NCBI RefSeq assembly: GCF_000621445.1
Contig: NZ_KK211278.1
Span: 295,383 to 319,382 of the forward strand
DNA from: Alkalihalobacillus bogoriensis ATCC BAA-922
GTDB lineage: Bacteria > Bacillota > Bacilli > Bacillales > Bacillaceae_F
Length of the DNA: 24,000 nucleotides
Direction of reading: 5' to 3'
The translations under genes and the position numbers were made by a program. Positions 9,056 to 17,641 of the stretch are shown here, piece after piece. How positions within the stretch are numbered: the first letter of the stretch is position 1; every line of letters begins with the position of its first letter. The notes below the pieces were generated by a model. The model saw only the letters and a program-made list of their open reading frames with translations, made no database searches and was not told where the DNA came from.

Positions 9056-9236
9056 GCGGCCATGAAAACCGTTATCTGTGAACATTATTAGCGTTTTGGA
9101 ACGTTGGTGGACACAGGAGCAGTTAATCATAATATATCGCTAGGAATAGAGTTACTTTTGCGTGAATAAGCGCTCCTGTGGCCGTTAAAAAACGGAAAGC
9201 CGTATCATGTTCACAAATAACGGCTACTCTGACCGC
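9056..9236. repeat. Long imperfect inverted repeat (arms of about 65 nt, spacer of about 51 nt); MITE-like element or structured RNA
   Basis: gcggcca..ccgttatctgtgaacat (9056-9085) matches atgttcacaaataacgg..tgaccgc (9207-9236), and cacaggagc (9112-9120) matches gctcctgtg (9172-9180). The blocks between the matching segments are both 25 nt. There is no ORF. Confidence 0.55.
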
Positions 9237-9361
9237 AAAAATGAGAAATTAAAAGCAAGTGAGCGGTTTACGCTTTTTTTATTGGGTGTTTGGATCACCG
9301 TTCTTACGGCTTATTTCCTTTAAAAACAGCATAATAATTCGATACGATCGCTTCTTAGTTC

Positions 9362-9392
9362 AAAAACGGCAATGGCCGTTTTTTCTTTTTTT
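9362..9392 (+). terminator. Orphan Rho-independent terminator with no upstream ORF
   Basis: Stem aaaaacggc / gccgttttt with loop aatg, then tcttttttt. No ORF of 60 aa or more lies between efp and this hairpin. Confidence 0.6.
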
Positions 9393-9468
9393 CGAAGCTA
9401 GTTCTTGTTCTTAATCTAAAGCTGACAACATAGGTTGTACAAAGAGAACATTGTAGAGGGTGGAAAAG

Positions 9469-9750
9469 ATGAAATCGATATTTTCAGGATTAGAAGCTGC
9501 AGTGTTAGGGATGGTTGTTATCCGGGTCATTTCCGGATTAATTGAATTATCCGCAGCAGCACTTATGTTTCGGTTTAATAGTGTAGAAAAAGCGGTGGCA
9601 ATTAATGCATTGCTAGCCGTTGTTGGCCCTGTCGTCTTAATCTCAACGATGGCGATTGGACTTGTTGGAATGGCGGATAAGCTTTCTGTTGGGAAGTTGC
9701 TCTTAATTGGGGCTGGTGTCGCACTTATCTTAATCGGTTTGCGTAAGTAA
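9469..9750 (+). CDS. yqhV: Small membrane protein YqhV (DUF2619-like)
   Basis: About 93 aa with 3 TM segments. The pattern LRVxSxxIELxAAxxM...AxxGPxxxIxTM resembles B. subtilis YqhV as I recall it, and the gene sits immediately upstream of spoIIIAA. The start is ATG 9469 (RBS AGAGGG), or alternatively GTG 9460. Confidence 0.75.
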   Translation: MKSIFSGLEAAVLGMVVIRVISGLIELSAAALMFRFNSVEKAVAINALLAVVGPVVLISTMAIGLVGMADKLSVGKLLLIGAGVALILIGLRK

Positions 9751-9754
9751 ATCG

Positions 9755-9782
9755 TCATATTCTTGTCCATCTCGCATACATT
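9755..9782 (+). promoter_or_regulatory. Sigma-E-type sporulation promoter of the spoIIIA operon
   Basis: TCATATT (9755-9761), a 13-nt spacer, then CATACATT (9775-9782). This matches the sigma-E consensus (-35 ..ATATT, -10 CATACAnT). The predicted TSS is about 40 nt upstream of the spoIIIAA ATG. Confidence 0.65.
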
Positions 9783-9829
9783 TTAGATAGAAGTGTTACG
9801 TGAAAGACGACAATGGGGGAGAGCCATAA

Positions 9830-10759
9830 ATGGAAGAAGTATATGTCGTATTACCTGAATCACTTCGTTCAGTGATTAGTCAATTTCCTTTTTCGTTACA
9901 TGAGCAAATCGAAGAAATCCGAGTTCGAATTCATCGACCGTTAGAAATTATTGCTGCAGGTAAACCATATTATCCTGAACGAAATGGCAAAAGTTATATT
10001 GTCACTCGAGAAGATGCAAAGCATTTGTTAAATCAATTAAGCCAATATTCCTTGTATGCGTTCGAAGAAGAATTAAAACAAGGGTATATTACGATTCGTG
10101 GCGGTCACCGTGTCGGACTAGCAGGTAAAGTCATTGTTGAAAATGGACAGGTTAAAGCGTTGAAAGAAATAAGCTCCTATAATATCCGGATTGCCAAACA
10201 AAAGATAGGTGTAGCGCAAAGGCTTATCCCACATATTTATGATGGAGGCTGGTTAAACACATTGTTAATTGGCCCACCTCAAACCGGAAAAACAACAATG
10301 CTACGGGATATTGCCAGAGTGATAAGTTACGGGTCAAAAAAAGCGAATATTCCACCAAGTAAAGTGGGGATTGTCGATGAGCGGTCTGAAATTGCAGCGT
10401 GCGTACATGGCATCCCTCAACATGACTTAGGCAGTCGCGTTGATGTGTTAGATGGATGTCCGAAAGCAGATGGCATGATGATGCTCATTCGTTCGATGAG
10501 TCCGGATGTTTTAATTGTTGATGAAATTGGGAGGAAAGAAGATGCTGTTGCTATCCATGAAGCGATAAATGCTGGCGTCCAGCTTGTTACTACGATACAT
10601 GGATTTGATATGGAAGATATTGAACATCGCCCCATCGTTAAGGAATTGCTTGAAATGAAAGTATTTGACAGATGCATTGAATTAGCGAAAGGTGAAAGAG
10701 CTGGAACGATAAAGAGAATAAGAAATAGCGGGAAGAAAGATGTGGTGAGGGTCATTTGA
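9830..10759 (+). CDS. spoIIIAA: Stage III sporulation protein AA (AAA-type ATPase)
   Basis: 309 aa with Walker A GPPQTGKTT and Walker B LIVDEIG. It is the first gene of an 8-gene cluster in the canonical spoIIIA order. Confidence 0.92.
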   Translation: MEEVYVVLPESLRSVISQFPFSLHEQIEEIRVRIHRPLEIIAAGKPYYPERNGKSYIVTREDAKHLLNQLSQYSLYAFEEELKQGYITIRGGHRVGLAGKVIVENGQVKALKEISSYNIRIAKQKIGVAQRLIPHIYDGGWLNTLLIGPPQTGKTTMLRDIARVISYGSKKANIPPSKVGIVDERSEIAACVHGIPQHDLGSRVDVLDGCPKADGMMMLIRSMSPDVLIVDEIGRKEDAVAIHEAINAGVQLVTTIHGFDMEDIEHRPIVKELLEMKVFDRCIELAKGERAGTIKRIRNSGKKDVVRVI

Positions 10760-11268
10760 AACTATTAGGGGCTATCATCATATTGCTCGGTTCGACATGG
10801 GTAGGATTTGAATTTGCCAAACGTCTTAGCGAACGACCAAGACAACTTCGCCACCTAAAAGTGGCGTTACAATCACTAGAAGCGGAGATTATGTATGGGA
10901 TGACCCCGTTAGCAGAGGCAAGTGCGAACTTAGCCAAACAATTACCGAAACCAATGAGGTATTTATTCGAACGCTTTTCTTTTCATTTGCTCAATCAGGA
11001 AGAAAGTGTGGCGAAAGCTTGGGAGGAAAGTCTAGTTGAAACATGGCATCTCACCTCTTTAGTTCAATCAGAATTTGAAATTATGAAACAATTCGGTTTC
11101 ACACTTGGCCAGCATGATAGAGCCAATCAACAAAAGCAAATACGCTTAACATTAGCCCATCTCGAACGTGAAGAAGGGGATGCATTAGAAAAGCAAAGAC
11201 GTTATGAAAAAATGATTAAAAGCCTTGGGTTTTTATCAGGTCTACTCATTATTATTTTAATGCTGTAA
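10756..11268 (+). CDS. spoIIIAB: Stage III sporulation protein AB
   Basis: 170 aa. MKLLGAIIILLGSTWVGFE...RPRQLRHLKVALQSLEAEIMYG matches SpoIIIAB. The TTG start overlaps the spoIIIAA stop, with RBS GGTGAGGG. Confidence 0.9.
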   Translation: MKLLGAIIILLGSTWVGFEFAKRLSERPRQLRHLKVALQSLEAEIMYGMTPLAEASANLAKQLPKPMRYLFERFSFHLLNQEESVAKAWEESLVETWHLTSLVQSEFEIMKQFGFTLGQHDRANQQKQIRLTLAHLEREEGDALEKQRRYEKMIKSLGFLSGLLIIILML

Positions 11269-11312
11269 GTCCAATGAAACGGATAAATGATGGACAAGAG
11301 GAGGAGAGATGA

Positions 11313-11519
11313 GTGGCTTATGATGTAAATACAATCTTTCAAATTGCTGGAATCGGCATTGTGGTGGCCATGATTCATACAGTTCTAAAGCAAATGGGCA
11401 AAGAAGATTGGGCACATTGGGTTACCCTCATTGGGTTTGTTGTCGTATTATATATGGTTGCTTCAATTGTCGATGACTTATTCCAAAAAATTAAAGGCGT
11501 TTTCCTCCTTCAAGGATAA
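11313..11519 (+). CDS. spoIIIAC: Stage III sporulation protein AC
   Basis: 68-aa protein with 2 TM segments, a GTG start and RBS GAGGAGGAG. Position and size fit SpoIIIAC. Confidence 0.88.
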   Translation: MAYDVNTIFQIAGIGIVVAMIHTVLKQMGKEDWAHWVTLIGFVVVLYMVASIVDDLFQKIKGVFLLQG

Positions 11520-11528
11520 TGCCGGGGG

Positions 11529-11927
11529 GTGATGACCATTGAAATCATTCAAATTGTAGGGTTAGGACTAGTAACCACGTTCCTAGCCCTCGTAGTAAAA
11601 GAACAAAAACCCATTTTCGCCTTTTTATTAACAGTCTTTGTCGGTGTACTTATATTTTTATTTTTAATTGATGAAATTTCAAGAGTTTTACAGATGTTAG
11701 AACAAATTGCGGTGACAGCCAATATTAATATGGTGTATTTACAAACGATTTTAAAAATTATTGGTATTGCCTATATTTCAGAATTTGGAGCCCAAATTGC
11801 CAAAGATGCTGGACAAGCAGCGATTGCATCAAAAATTGAATTAGCCGGAAAAGTGCTCATTATGGTCATGGCGATCCCGATTTTAACAGCCATAATTGAA
11901 ATGCTCATCTCGTTAATTCCAAATTAG
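11529..11927 (+). CDS. spoIIIAD: Stage III sporulation protein AD
   Basis: 132-aa polytopic membrane protein. The start is GTG 11529 or ATG 11532. Position and size fit SpoIIIAD. Confidence 0.88.
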   Translation: MMTIEIIQIVGLGLVTTFLALVVKEQKPIFAFLLTVFVGVLIFLFLIDEISRVLQMLEQIAVTANINMVYLQTILKIIGIAYISEFGAQIAKDAGQAAIASKIELAGKVLIMVMAIPILTAIIEMLISLIPN

Positions 11928-11955
11928 TGTACAAGCTTTAAAAGGGGGTGAATGG

Positions 11956-13128
11956 ATGCGAGTCGTTTTTCTAACATTAGCAATCTTTTTATCGATTCTT
12001 CCAATAACGGTTGTTGCAGAAACAGTAGACAAGCCTCCTGACCAAGGCTTTGTCGAGCAACAACTTGACCAACTTGGGTTGGATGAGATTGGTAAGTATT
12101 GGGATGAAATTGCGAATGAATACGGTGGGTTTTTGCCGGAAAGTCAAAAAGGGTCGTTAATGGATTTTCTTCGTGGCGAGAAAAACTTCTCTATTAAAGA
12201 GTGGTTCATTGGGTTTTTGCGATTTTTACTGCACGAGTTACTAGTCAACGGAAAATTGTTAGGTATGCTCATCTTGTTAACGGTTTTCTCAATGATTTTA
12301 CAAACATTGCAAAATGCATTTGAGCAACATTCGATCGGAAAAGTCGCCTATGCAATTACGTACATGGTGCTCATTATATTAGCGCTAAATAGTTTTCATG
12401 TTGCAATTACGTACGCTGTAGAAGCGATAGATAATATGATTCATTTTATGATTGCCTTAATCCCGTTATTGTTAGCGTTAATGGCGTCCATCGGTAGTAT
12501 TACGTCCGTCGCGTTTTTTCACCCTCTCATCGTGTTTTTAGTCAATACAAGCGGACTATTAATTCAAAATTTTGTAATGCCATTATTGTTTTTATCAGCA
12601 TTGCTTAGCATTGTTAGTACACTCACTTCTCATTATAAAGTGACAAAGCTGGCCAATTTTTTAAGAAATATAAGCATCGGTGCTTTAGGTCTTTTTTTAA
12701 CGGTGTTTCTAGGCGTGATTTCCGTACAAGGGGCGACAAGTGCTGCTGCTGATGGAATTACGATTCGAACAGCCAAATTTGTAGCTGGAAACTTTGTCCC
12801 AGTTGTCGGGAGAATGTTTACCGATGCTGCGGATACGGTCATGAGTGCAAGTGTGTTATTAAAAAATACAGTAGGAATTGCAGGGTTAGCGATTCTCATC
12901 TTGTTATGTGCCTTTCCTGCTATAAAAGTATTATCCCTTGCTTTAATTTTTAACATCGCAGCCGCTATTTTACAACCGCTTGGTGGCGGACCAATTATAG
13001 ATTGTTTAACGATTATTGGAAAATCGGTAATGTATATTTTTGCCGCGCTCGCTACAGTGTGTTTAATGTTTTTCCTTGCGGTCACGATTGTCATCGCAGC
13101 GGGAAATGTGTCACTTATGATGAGGTAA
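11956..13128 (+). CDS. spoIIIAE: Stage III sporulation protein AE
   Basis: 390 aa with a signal-like N-terminus followed by many TM segments, and RBS AAGGGGG. Position and size fit SpoIIIAE. Confidence 0.9.
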   Translation: MRVVFLTLAIFLSILPITVVAETVDKPPDQGFVEQQLDQLGLDEIGKYWDEIANEYGGFLPESQKGSLMDFLRGEKNFSIKEWFIGFLRFLLHELLVNGKLLGMLILLTVFSMILQTLQNAFEQHSIGKVAYAITYMVLIILALNSFHVAITYAVEAIDNMIHFMIALIPLLLALMASIGSITSVAFFHPLIVFLVNTSGLLIQNFVMPLLFLSALLSIVSTLTSHYKVTKLANFLRNISIGALGLFLTVFLGVISVQGATSAAADGITIRTAKFVAGNFVPVVGRMFTDAADTVMSASVLLKNTVGIAGLAILILLCAFPAIKVLSLALIFNIAAAILQPLGGGPIIDCLTIIGKSVMYIFAALATVCLMFFLAVTIVIAAGNVSLMMR

Positions 13129-13144
13129 AGGAGGGGGATGGTTC

Positions 13145-13789
13145 ATGGGTGTTTTAACCGATTGGCTAACAAATATCATTCTTCTTATTTTGCTGGCAAC
13201 GATTATCGAGTTGTTATTACCGAATTCCAGCATGCAACGATATGTCAAGATGGTCGTCGGATTATTGTTGCTAGTTGTACTGCTAAACCCTGTTCTATCA
13301 ATCTTTTCAAAGGATATAGGTGAGTTTTTACCTATATTAGAGGACAACCATACTTCAAACTTATCATTAGAAAATTCTATAGAATCAAAGAAAATAGAAA
13401 TAGAAATGGGACAACGTGCATATATTTTTGAAGAGGTGGCTGTCCAACTGGAAAGACAAGTGGAAGAGGAGTTGATTGAAAGGTTTGATGTAGAGATGAA
13501 GGAACTTAAACTTTCTGTGAAGGAAATCCCTGTTCATGCTGATAGGCCAGAAGAAGCAATTGAAGAAGTGAAGGTTCATTTAATAAAACAAGACCATTTA
13601 AAAGAAGTAGAGCAACAAAACGAATTAGTTGAAGCTGTTCCTGTTGTTTCTATTAATGTTGATGAACAACCGGAAACAAAAGAAGTTGGCGAGAACCTCG
13701 ATATAACATCAATTGTTTCTTTTTTATCAGAAGAATGGGACATTCCAAAAGACATGATTTCTGTAACATGGGAAGGGGGCGAGCAGTAG
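13145..13789 (+). CDS. spoIIIAF: Stage III sporulation protein AF
   Basis: 214 aa with two N-terminal TM segments and an acidic soluble domain, and RBS AAGGAGGGGG. Position fits SpoIIIAF. Confidence 0.88.
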   Translation: MGVLTDWLTNIILLILLATIIELLLPNSSMQRYVKMVVGLLLLVVLLNPVLSIFSKDIGEFLPILEDNHTSNLSLENSIESKKIEIEMGQRAYIFEEVAVQLERQVEEELIERFDVEMKELKLSVKEIPVHADRPEEAIEEVKVHLIKQDHLKEVEQQNELVEAVPVVSINVDEQPETKEVGENLDITSIVSFLSEEWDIPKDMISVTWEGGEQ

Positions 13790-13790
13790 C

Positions 13791-14450
13791 ATGGACTCTG
13801 GCGAAAAGGATAAGCAATGGTTGAAGAAACTGTTTGAGAAGGGGGCAGGCAAAAACGGGAAACAGAGAATGCACTATGTTGTCATGATTCTATGTGTTGG
13901 TGTAGCTCTAATGATATTAGGAAATTTCTTTTCTAGTGATGAGACATCTCCTACAAGTCAACCTGTTTTTAATTCAGACCAATCTTCCACAGACGATCAA
14001 CCAGTGTTCGGGCAAAGTGACAGTCCAGAACCAAATTCGATGAAAGATTATGAGATTCGCTATGAGAATCAACTTAAAGAAGTACTTGATGAAGTAGTTG
14101 GTGTTTCAGACGTTTCAATCATGATTAACTTAGCTGAAACGGAAAGAAATGTATATGAACGAAATACAAATACGAAAGAACAAGTGACTGATGAAACGGA
14201 CCGTGAAGGTGGCAAACGGAAAGTGGAGGACACAACAAGAGATGAGCAAGTCGTTATCGTCCGTAATGGGGATAGGGAGGAAGCCATTCTTGTGAAACAG
14301 GAAAAGCCAGAAATTAGAGGGGTTCTTGTTGTAGCCAAAGGAGTAGAAAACGCTCAAGTGAAAACATGGGTAGTAGAAGCGGTTAGTAGGGTACTAGATG
14401 TCCCTTCCCATCGTGTTTCTGTTCTACCGAAAAAAACAAAGGAGGAATAA
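13791..14450 (+). CDS. spoIIIAG: Stage III sporulation protein AG
   Basis: 219 aa with one TM segment, a disordered linker and a C-terminal ring-building-type domain (...IRGVLVVAKGVENAQVK...VSVLP). Position fits SpoIIIAG. Confidence 0.9.
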   Translation: MDSGEKDKQWLKKLFEKGAGKNGKQRMHYVVMILCVGVALMILGNFFSSDETSPTSQPVFNSDQSSTDDQPVFGQSDSPEPNSMKDYEIRYENQLKEVLDEVVGVSDVSIMINLAETERNVYERNTNTKEQVTDETDREGGKRKVEDTTRDEQVVIVRNGDREEAILVKQEKPEIRGVLVVAKGVENAQVKTWVVEAVSRVLDVPSHRVSVLPKKTKEE

Positions 14451-14456
14451 GAAAAA

Positions 14457-15056
14457 ATGGTATTAAAAAGACAAACGGTATGGTTGTTAACAATGTTAAG
14501 TTTAATTATTGTGTTATCTGCTTATTATATGACGTCTCCAGGAGAATCACTTGATTATGCATATATGGATGAGGAAAACGCGCAAGAAGATAATGTTGAT
14601 GTAACGGTTAATGTAGACGAAGAGATGGAATTGGACATGGACATGGAGGTTGTTTATGAGGATGCTGCTGAAGGGGATGAAGAAGCAGGGATGATTTCAG
14701 CGATTTCAAGTGATGAAACCTTTACCTCTCTTCGATTAGACCGTCAAGTATCAAGAGATAAATTACTAGAAAGTTATACAAATGTAATGACATCTGGGGC
14801 TTCCGCTGAAGCTATTGCAGAAGCGGTTGATAAACAAGAAGCTTTGTTATCGATGCAACAACAAGAAGAAATGTTAGAAACGTTAGTTCGTACAAAAGGC
14901 TATGAAGACGTACTAGTCATTACAAAAGACGATAGAGTGAATGTGATTGTAAAAGCAGATGAGCTTTCTCGTGAAGAAGCAGTTGAGATTTTAGCTTTAG
15001 CTAGAGAACAATTGGGTGACAAGCACGTTCTTGTGAAACACCAAGCTTCTAAATAA
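14457..15056 (+). CDS. spoIIIAH: Stage III sporulation protein AH
   Basis: 199 aa with an N-terminal TM segment, an acidic linker and a C-terminal YscJ/FliF-like domain. It is the last gene of the cluster, with RBS GGAGGA. Confidence 0.9.
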   Translation: MVLKRQTVWLLTMLSLIIVLSAYYMTSPGESLDYAYMDEENAQEDNVDVTVNVDEEMELDMDMEVVYEDAAEGDEEAGMISAISSDETFTSLRLDRQVSRDKLLESYTNVMTSGASAEAIAEAVDKQEALLSMQQQEEMLETLVRTKGYEDVLVITKDDRVNVIVKADELSREEAVEILALAREQLGDKHVLVKHQASK

Positions 15057-15084
15057 ACGTGGCCATGTTAGGTCAAACGTAAGG

Positions 15085-15110
15085 CCCCAAAGTCTTTAGA
15101 CTATTGGGGT
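15085..15110 (+). terminator. Possible weak terminator after spoIIIAH
   Basis: The hairpin pairs ccccaa with ttgggg and agtct with agact, with a bulge. The trailing T tract is poor (tcatttcattc). Confidence 0.35.
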
Positions 15111-15188
15111 CATTTCATTCTGAACGTTCACTTTCCTTCTGTAAGATAAACATGTTTTTGGATAAATTATGAATCCTGATTTGTAACA

Positions 15189-15197
15189 TGCTATACT
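15189..15197 (+). promoter_or_regulatory. Candidate extended -10 promoter (TGcTATACT) for the 120-aa ORF
   Basis: The TGn-TATACT motif lies about 65 nt upstream of the ATG at 15262. No good -35 is present. It is followed by the palindrome gattac-ga-gtaatc at 15207-15220. Confidence 0.35.
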
Positions 15198-15261
15198 ATA
15201 CAAAGTGATTACGAGTAATCGTATGAAAAATGTTTACTAAGAAAGGGAGAGTAATGTAACT

Positions 15262-15624
15262 ATGGAATGGAATGATTTAACTGAAGGAGCAAAAGCAGTA
15301 CTTGAACAAACACGAAACTTAAAAAATGACAATATTCAAATTGTTGAGTTTGAAGTTGGATTTAAGCAGGAGTTTGAAACAGAAAGTGGAAGTGTATATA
15401 CAGTCTCTATTCAAGAGGAAGATTATGATAGCTTAAAACGCTTTACAAAAGAAAATGAGTACGGTGAAAAATACCACATGGCCCGAAATAAAAACATTGT
15501 AAAAATTATATTGTTGGAAAACGGAAAGATTCCAGATAATTTATCCGAGTTTCCTGTGTTTCGCCAATATAAATTAGACGCAATTGTAAAAGAAGAAGAA
15601 CAGGTAATAGAGGGTGAAGAATAA
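15262..15624 (+). CDS. Hypothetical small acidic cytoplasmic protein (family not recognised)
   Basis: 120-aa ORF with RBS AAAGGGAGAG at 15242-15251 and a strong terminator immediately after the stop. It has no TM segment, is rich in Glu/Asp, and I recognise no motif. Confidence 0.6.
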   Translation: MEWNDLTEGAKAVLEQTRNLKNDNIQIVEFEVGFKQEFETESGSVYTVSIQEEDYDSLKRFTKENEYGEKYHMARNKNIVKIILLENGKIPDNLSEFPVFRQYKLDAIVKEEEQVIEGEE

Positions 15625-15650
15625 AAACCCTCTAAAATAGAGGGTTTTTT
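15623..15650 (+). terminator. Rho-independent terminator of the 120-aa ORF
   Basis: Stem ccctcta / tagaggg (extendable through the flanking A/T runs) with loop aaa, then tttttt. Confidence 0.8.
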
Positions 15651-15663
15651 ATTATTTTTGATA

Positions 15664-15672
15664 TGGTATAAT
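15664..15672 (+). promoter_or_regulatory. Candidate extended -10 promoter (TGgTATAAT) for accBC
   Basis: TGgTATAAT lies 37 nt upstream of the accB ATG. The -35 region overlaps the preceding terminator's T tract and is poor. Confidence 0.4.
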
Positions 15673-15708
15673 AGGTTGGTACTAAGAGGGAAGTTAGGAG
15701 GAAAAATA

Positions 15709-16209
15709 ATGTTAAAAATACAAGAAATCCGTGAGTTAATTAAACTCATAGACAAATCGAACATTGATGAATTTAAGTACGAGCAGTCAGGGTCAAAGAT
15801 TACATTAAAGAAATATTCTGCACTTCCTCAACAAGCAGGTGGACAACCTAGTCAACCATATGTCGTTCAAGAGACGGTGCAACCGGCTCCTCAGCAACAG
15901 CAGCAGGTTGAGGCAACACCAAAAGAAAACACAGTAACAGAAAGTTCAGCACAAGAAGTAGATTCGTCATTACATAAAATTGTTTCTCCGATGGTCGGTA
16001 CATTTTACGTGGCTCCAGCACCAGACGCTGATCCGTATGTAAAAGTAGGAGATAAAGTAAGTGGAGAAACCGTTGTCTGTATTGTGGAAGCAATGAAGCT
16101 CATGAATGAAATTGAGGCTGAAGTGAAAGGGCAAGTTGTCGAAGTCCTTGCTGAAAATGGTCAGCTTGTTGAATATGGTCAACCACTATTTTTAGTTAAG
16201 CCGGAATAG
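15709..16209 (+). CDS. accB: Biotin carboxyl carrier protein of acetyl-CoA carboxylase
   Basis: Contains the biotinylation motif [11 protein letters not shown] and a Pro/Gln-rich linker. The start is ATG 15709 with RBS AGGAGG at 15696-15701; the ORF-track start at 15658 is probably too early. Confidence 0.94.
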   Translation: MLKIQEIRELIKLIDKSNIDEFKYEQSGSKITLKKYSALPQQAGGQPSQPYVVQETVQPAPQQQQQVEATPKENTVTESSAQEVDSSLHKIVSPMVGTFYVAPAPDADPYVKVGDKVSGETVVCIVEAMKLMNEIEAEVKGQVVEVLAENGQLVEYGQPLFLVKPE

Positions 16210-16220
16210 GAGCGTTGTTC

Positions 16221-17579
16221 ATGATAAAAAAACTACTCATAGCAAACCGAGGAGAAATTGCGGTACGAATTATCCGTGCTTGTAAAGAGCTTGGAGTTGA
16301 GACCGTTGCGGTATATTCTGAGGCAGATAAAGACTCTTTGCATGTCAGAATGGCCGACGAAGCGTATTGTATCGGACCAACATTATCTTCGAAAAGTTAT
16401 TTAAATTTTACGAACATAATGAGCGTTGCTACGTTAACAGAAGTTGATGCGATTCATCCCGGATACGGATTTTTAGCAGAAAATGCAGACTTTGCTGAAA
16501 TATGTGCAGCTTGTAATATTACATTTGTTGGACCAAGTCCTGAAGCAATAAATAAAATGGGGACAAAAGATGTTGCAAGAGACACAATGGAATCAGCAGG
16601 AGTCCCTATTGTCCCGGGTTCAGACGGTATCATACCGACTGTTGAAGATGGATTAAAGGTAGCAGAAGGAATTGGCTATCCTGTTATTATTAAAGCGACT
16701 GCTGGTGGCGGCGGAAAAGGTATCCGTGTTGCTCGTACACCAGAAGAATTGAAAAAAGGAATTTCAATTACGCAACAAGAAGCAGCGACGGCATTTGGGA
16801 ATCCTGGTGTTTACATTGAAAAGTATATTGAAGATTTCCGTCATGTTGAAATTCAAGTCATGGCAGATAATTATGGCAACGCTATTCATTTAGGTGAACG
16901 AGATTGTAGTATACAACGCCGATTGCAAAAATTAGTTGAGGAAACACCATCTCCAGCGATTACTCCAGAAAAACGAGCTGAAATGGGTGAAGCTGCGGTT
17001 GCTGCAGCAAAAGCGGTTAACTATTCAGGTGCGGGAACGGTTGAGTTTATTTTTGACCATAATACTGGTGACTTTTACTTTATGGAAATGAATACGAGAA
17101 TTCAAGTAGAACATCCAGTTACTGAAATGGTTACAGGGATTGACTTAATTAAAGAGCAAATTAAAGTGGCCTCAGGGCAAAAACTTTCAGTTACACAAGA
17201 TGAGGTTACCTTTAACGGCTGGTCGATTGAATGCCGCATTAATGCTGAAAACCCAGAGAAAAATTTTATGCCATCCCCAGGATTAATTAAAACTTATCTT
17301 CCTCCAGGAGGATTAGGTGTACGTGTTGATTCTGCAGCATACCAAGGGTATATGATTTCACCTTTTTATGATTCAATGATTGCAAAAGTCATCACGTATG
17401 GCGCCACTCGTGAAGAAGCGATTTCAAGAATGAAACGGGCATTAACTGAATTTGAAATTGAAGGCATTGATACGACGATTCCGTTTCATCTGAAACTATT
17501 AAATCATGAAGTGTTTGTATCAGGGGATTTTAATACGAAATTTTTAGAAACCTATGACTTAACAACAAAAGCAGAGTAA
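16221..17579 (+). CDS. accC: Biotin carboxylase subunit of acetyl-CoA carboxylase
   Basis: [20 protein letters not shown], the ATP-grasp motif GGGGKGIR and [14 protein letters not shown]. The start is ATG 16221 with RBS AGGAG. Confidence 0.96.
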   Translation: MIKKLLIANRGEIAVRIIRACKELGVETVAVYSEADKDSLHVRMADEAYCIGPTLSSKSYLNFTNIMSVATLTEVDAIHPGYGFLAENADFAEICAACNITFVGPSPEAINKMGTKDVARDTMESAGVPIVPGSDGIIPTVEDGLKVAEGIGYPVIIKATAGGGGKGIRVARTPEELKKGISITQQEAATAFGNPGVYIEKYIEDFRHVEIQVMADNYGNAIHLGERDCSIQRRLQKLVEETPSPAITPEKRAEMGEAAVAAAKAVNYSGAGTVEFIFDHNTGDFYFMEMNTRIQVEHPVTEMVTGIDLIKEQIKVASGQKLSVTQDEVTFNGWSIECRINAENPEKNFMPSPGLIKTYLPPGGLGVRVDSAAYQGYMISPFYDSMIAKVITYGATREEAISRMKRALTEFEIEGIDTTIPFHLKLLNHEVFVSGDFNTKFLETYDLTTKAE

Positions 17580-17641
17580 GAAAAGCCTTTGTATGATATA
17601 CTCGTCATATAGGCTCCAAAATAAAATGGAGGTGTCGTATT

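Noticed and set aside
9411-9770. 119-aa minus-strand ORF overlapping yqhV
   Set aside because: It is entirely antisense to a better-supported + strand membrane protein gene with an RBS and conserved position. It is a shadow ORF.
12633-13094. 153-aa minus-strand ORF inside spoIIIAE
   Set aside because: It is antisense to a long, well-supported membrane protein gene within a co-directional operon, and it has no RBS.
13145-13789. Search for the internal sigma-E promoter known in B. subtilis within spoIIIAF (driving spoIIIAG-AH)
   Set aside because: Only partial matches were found, such as CATATATT at about 13417 with no CATACA about 13 nt downstream. Nothing was convincing enough to annotate.
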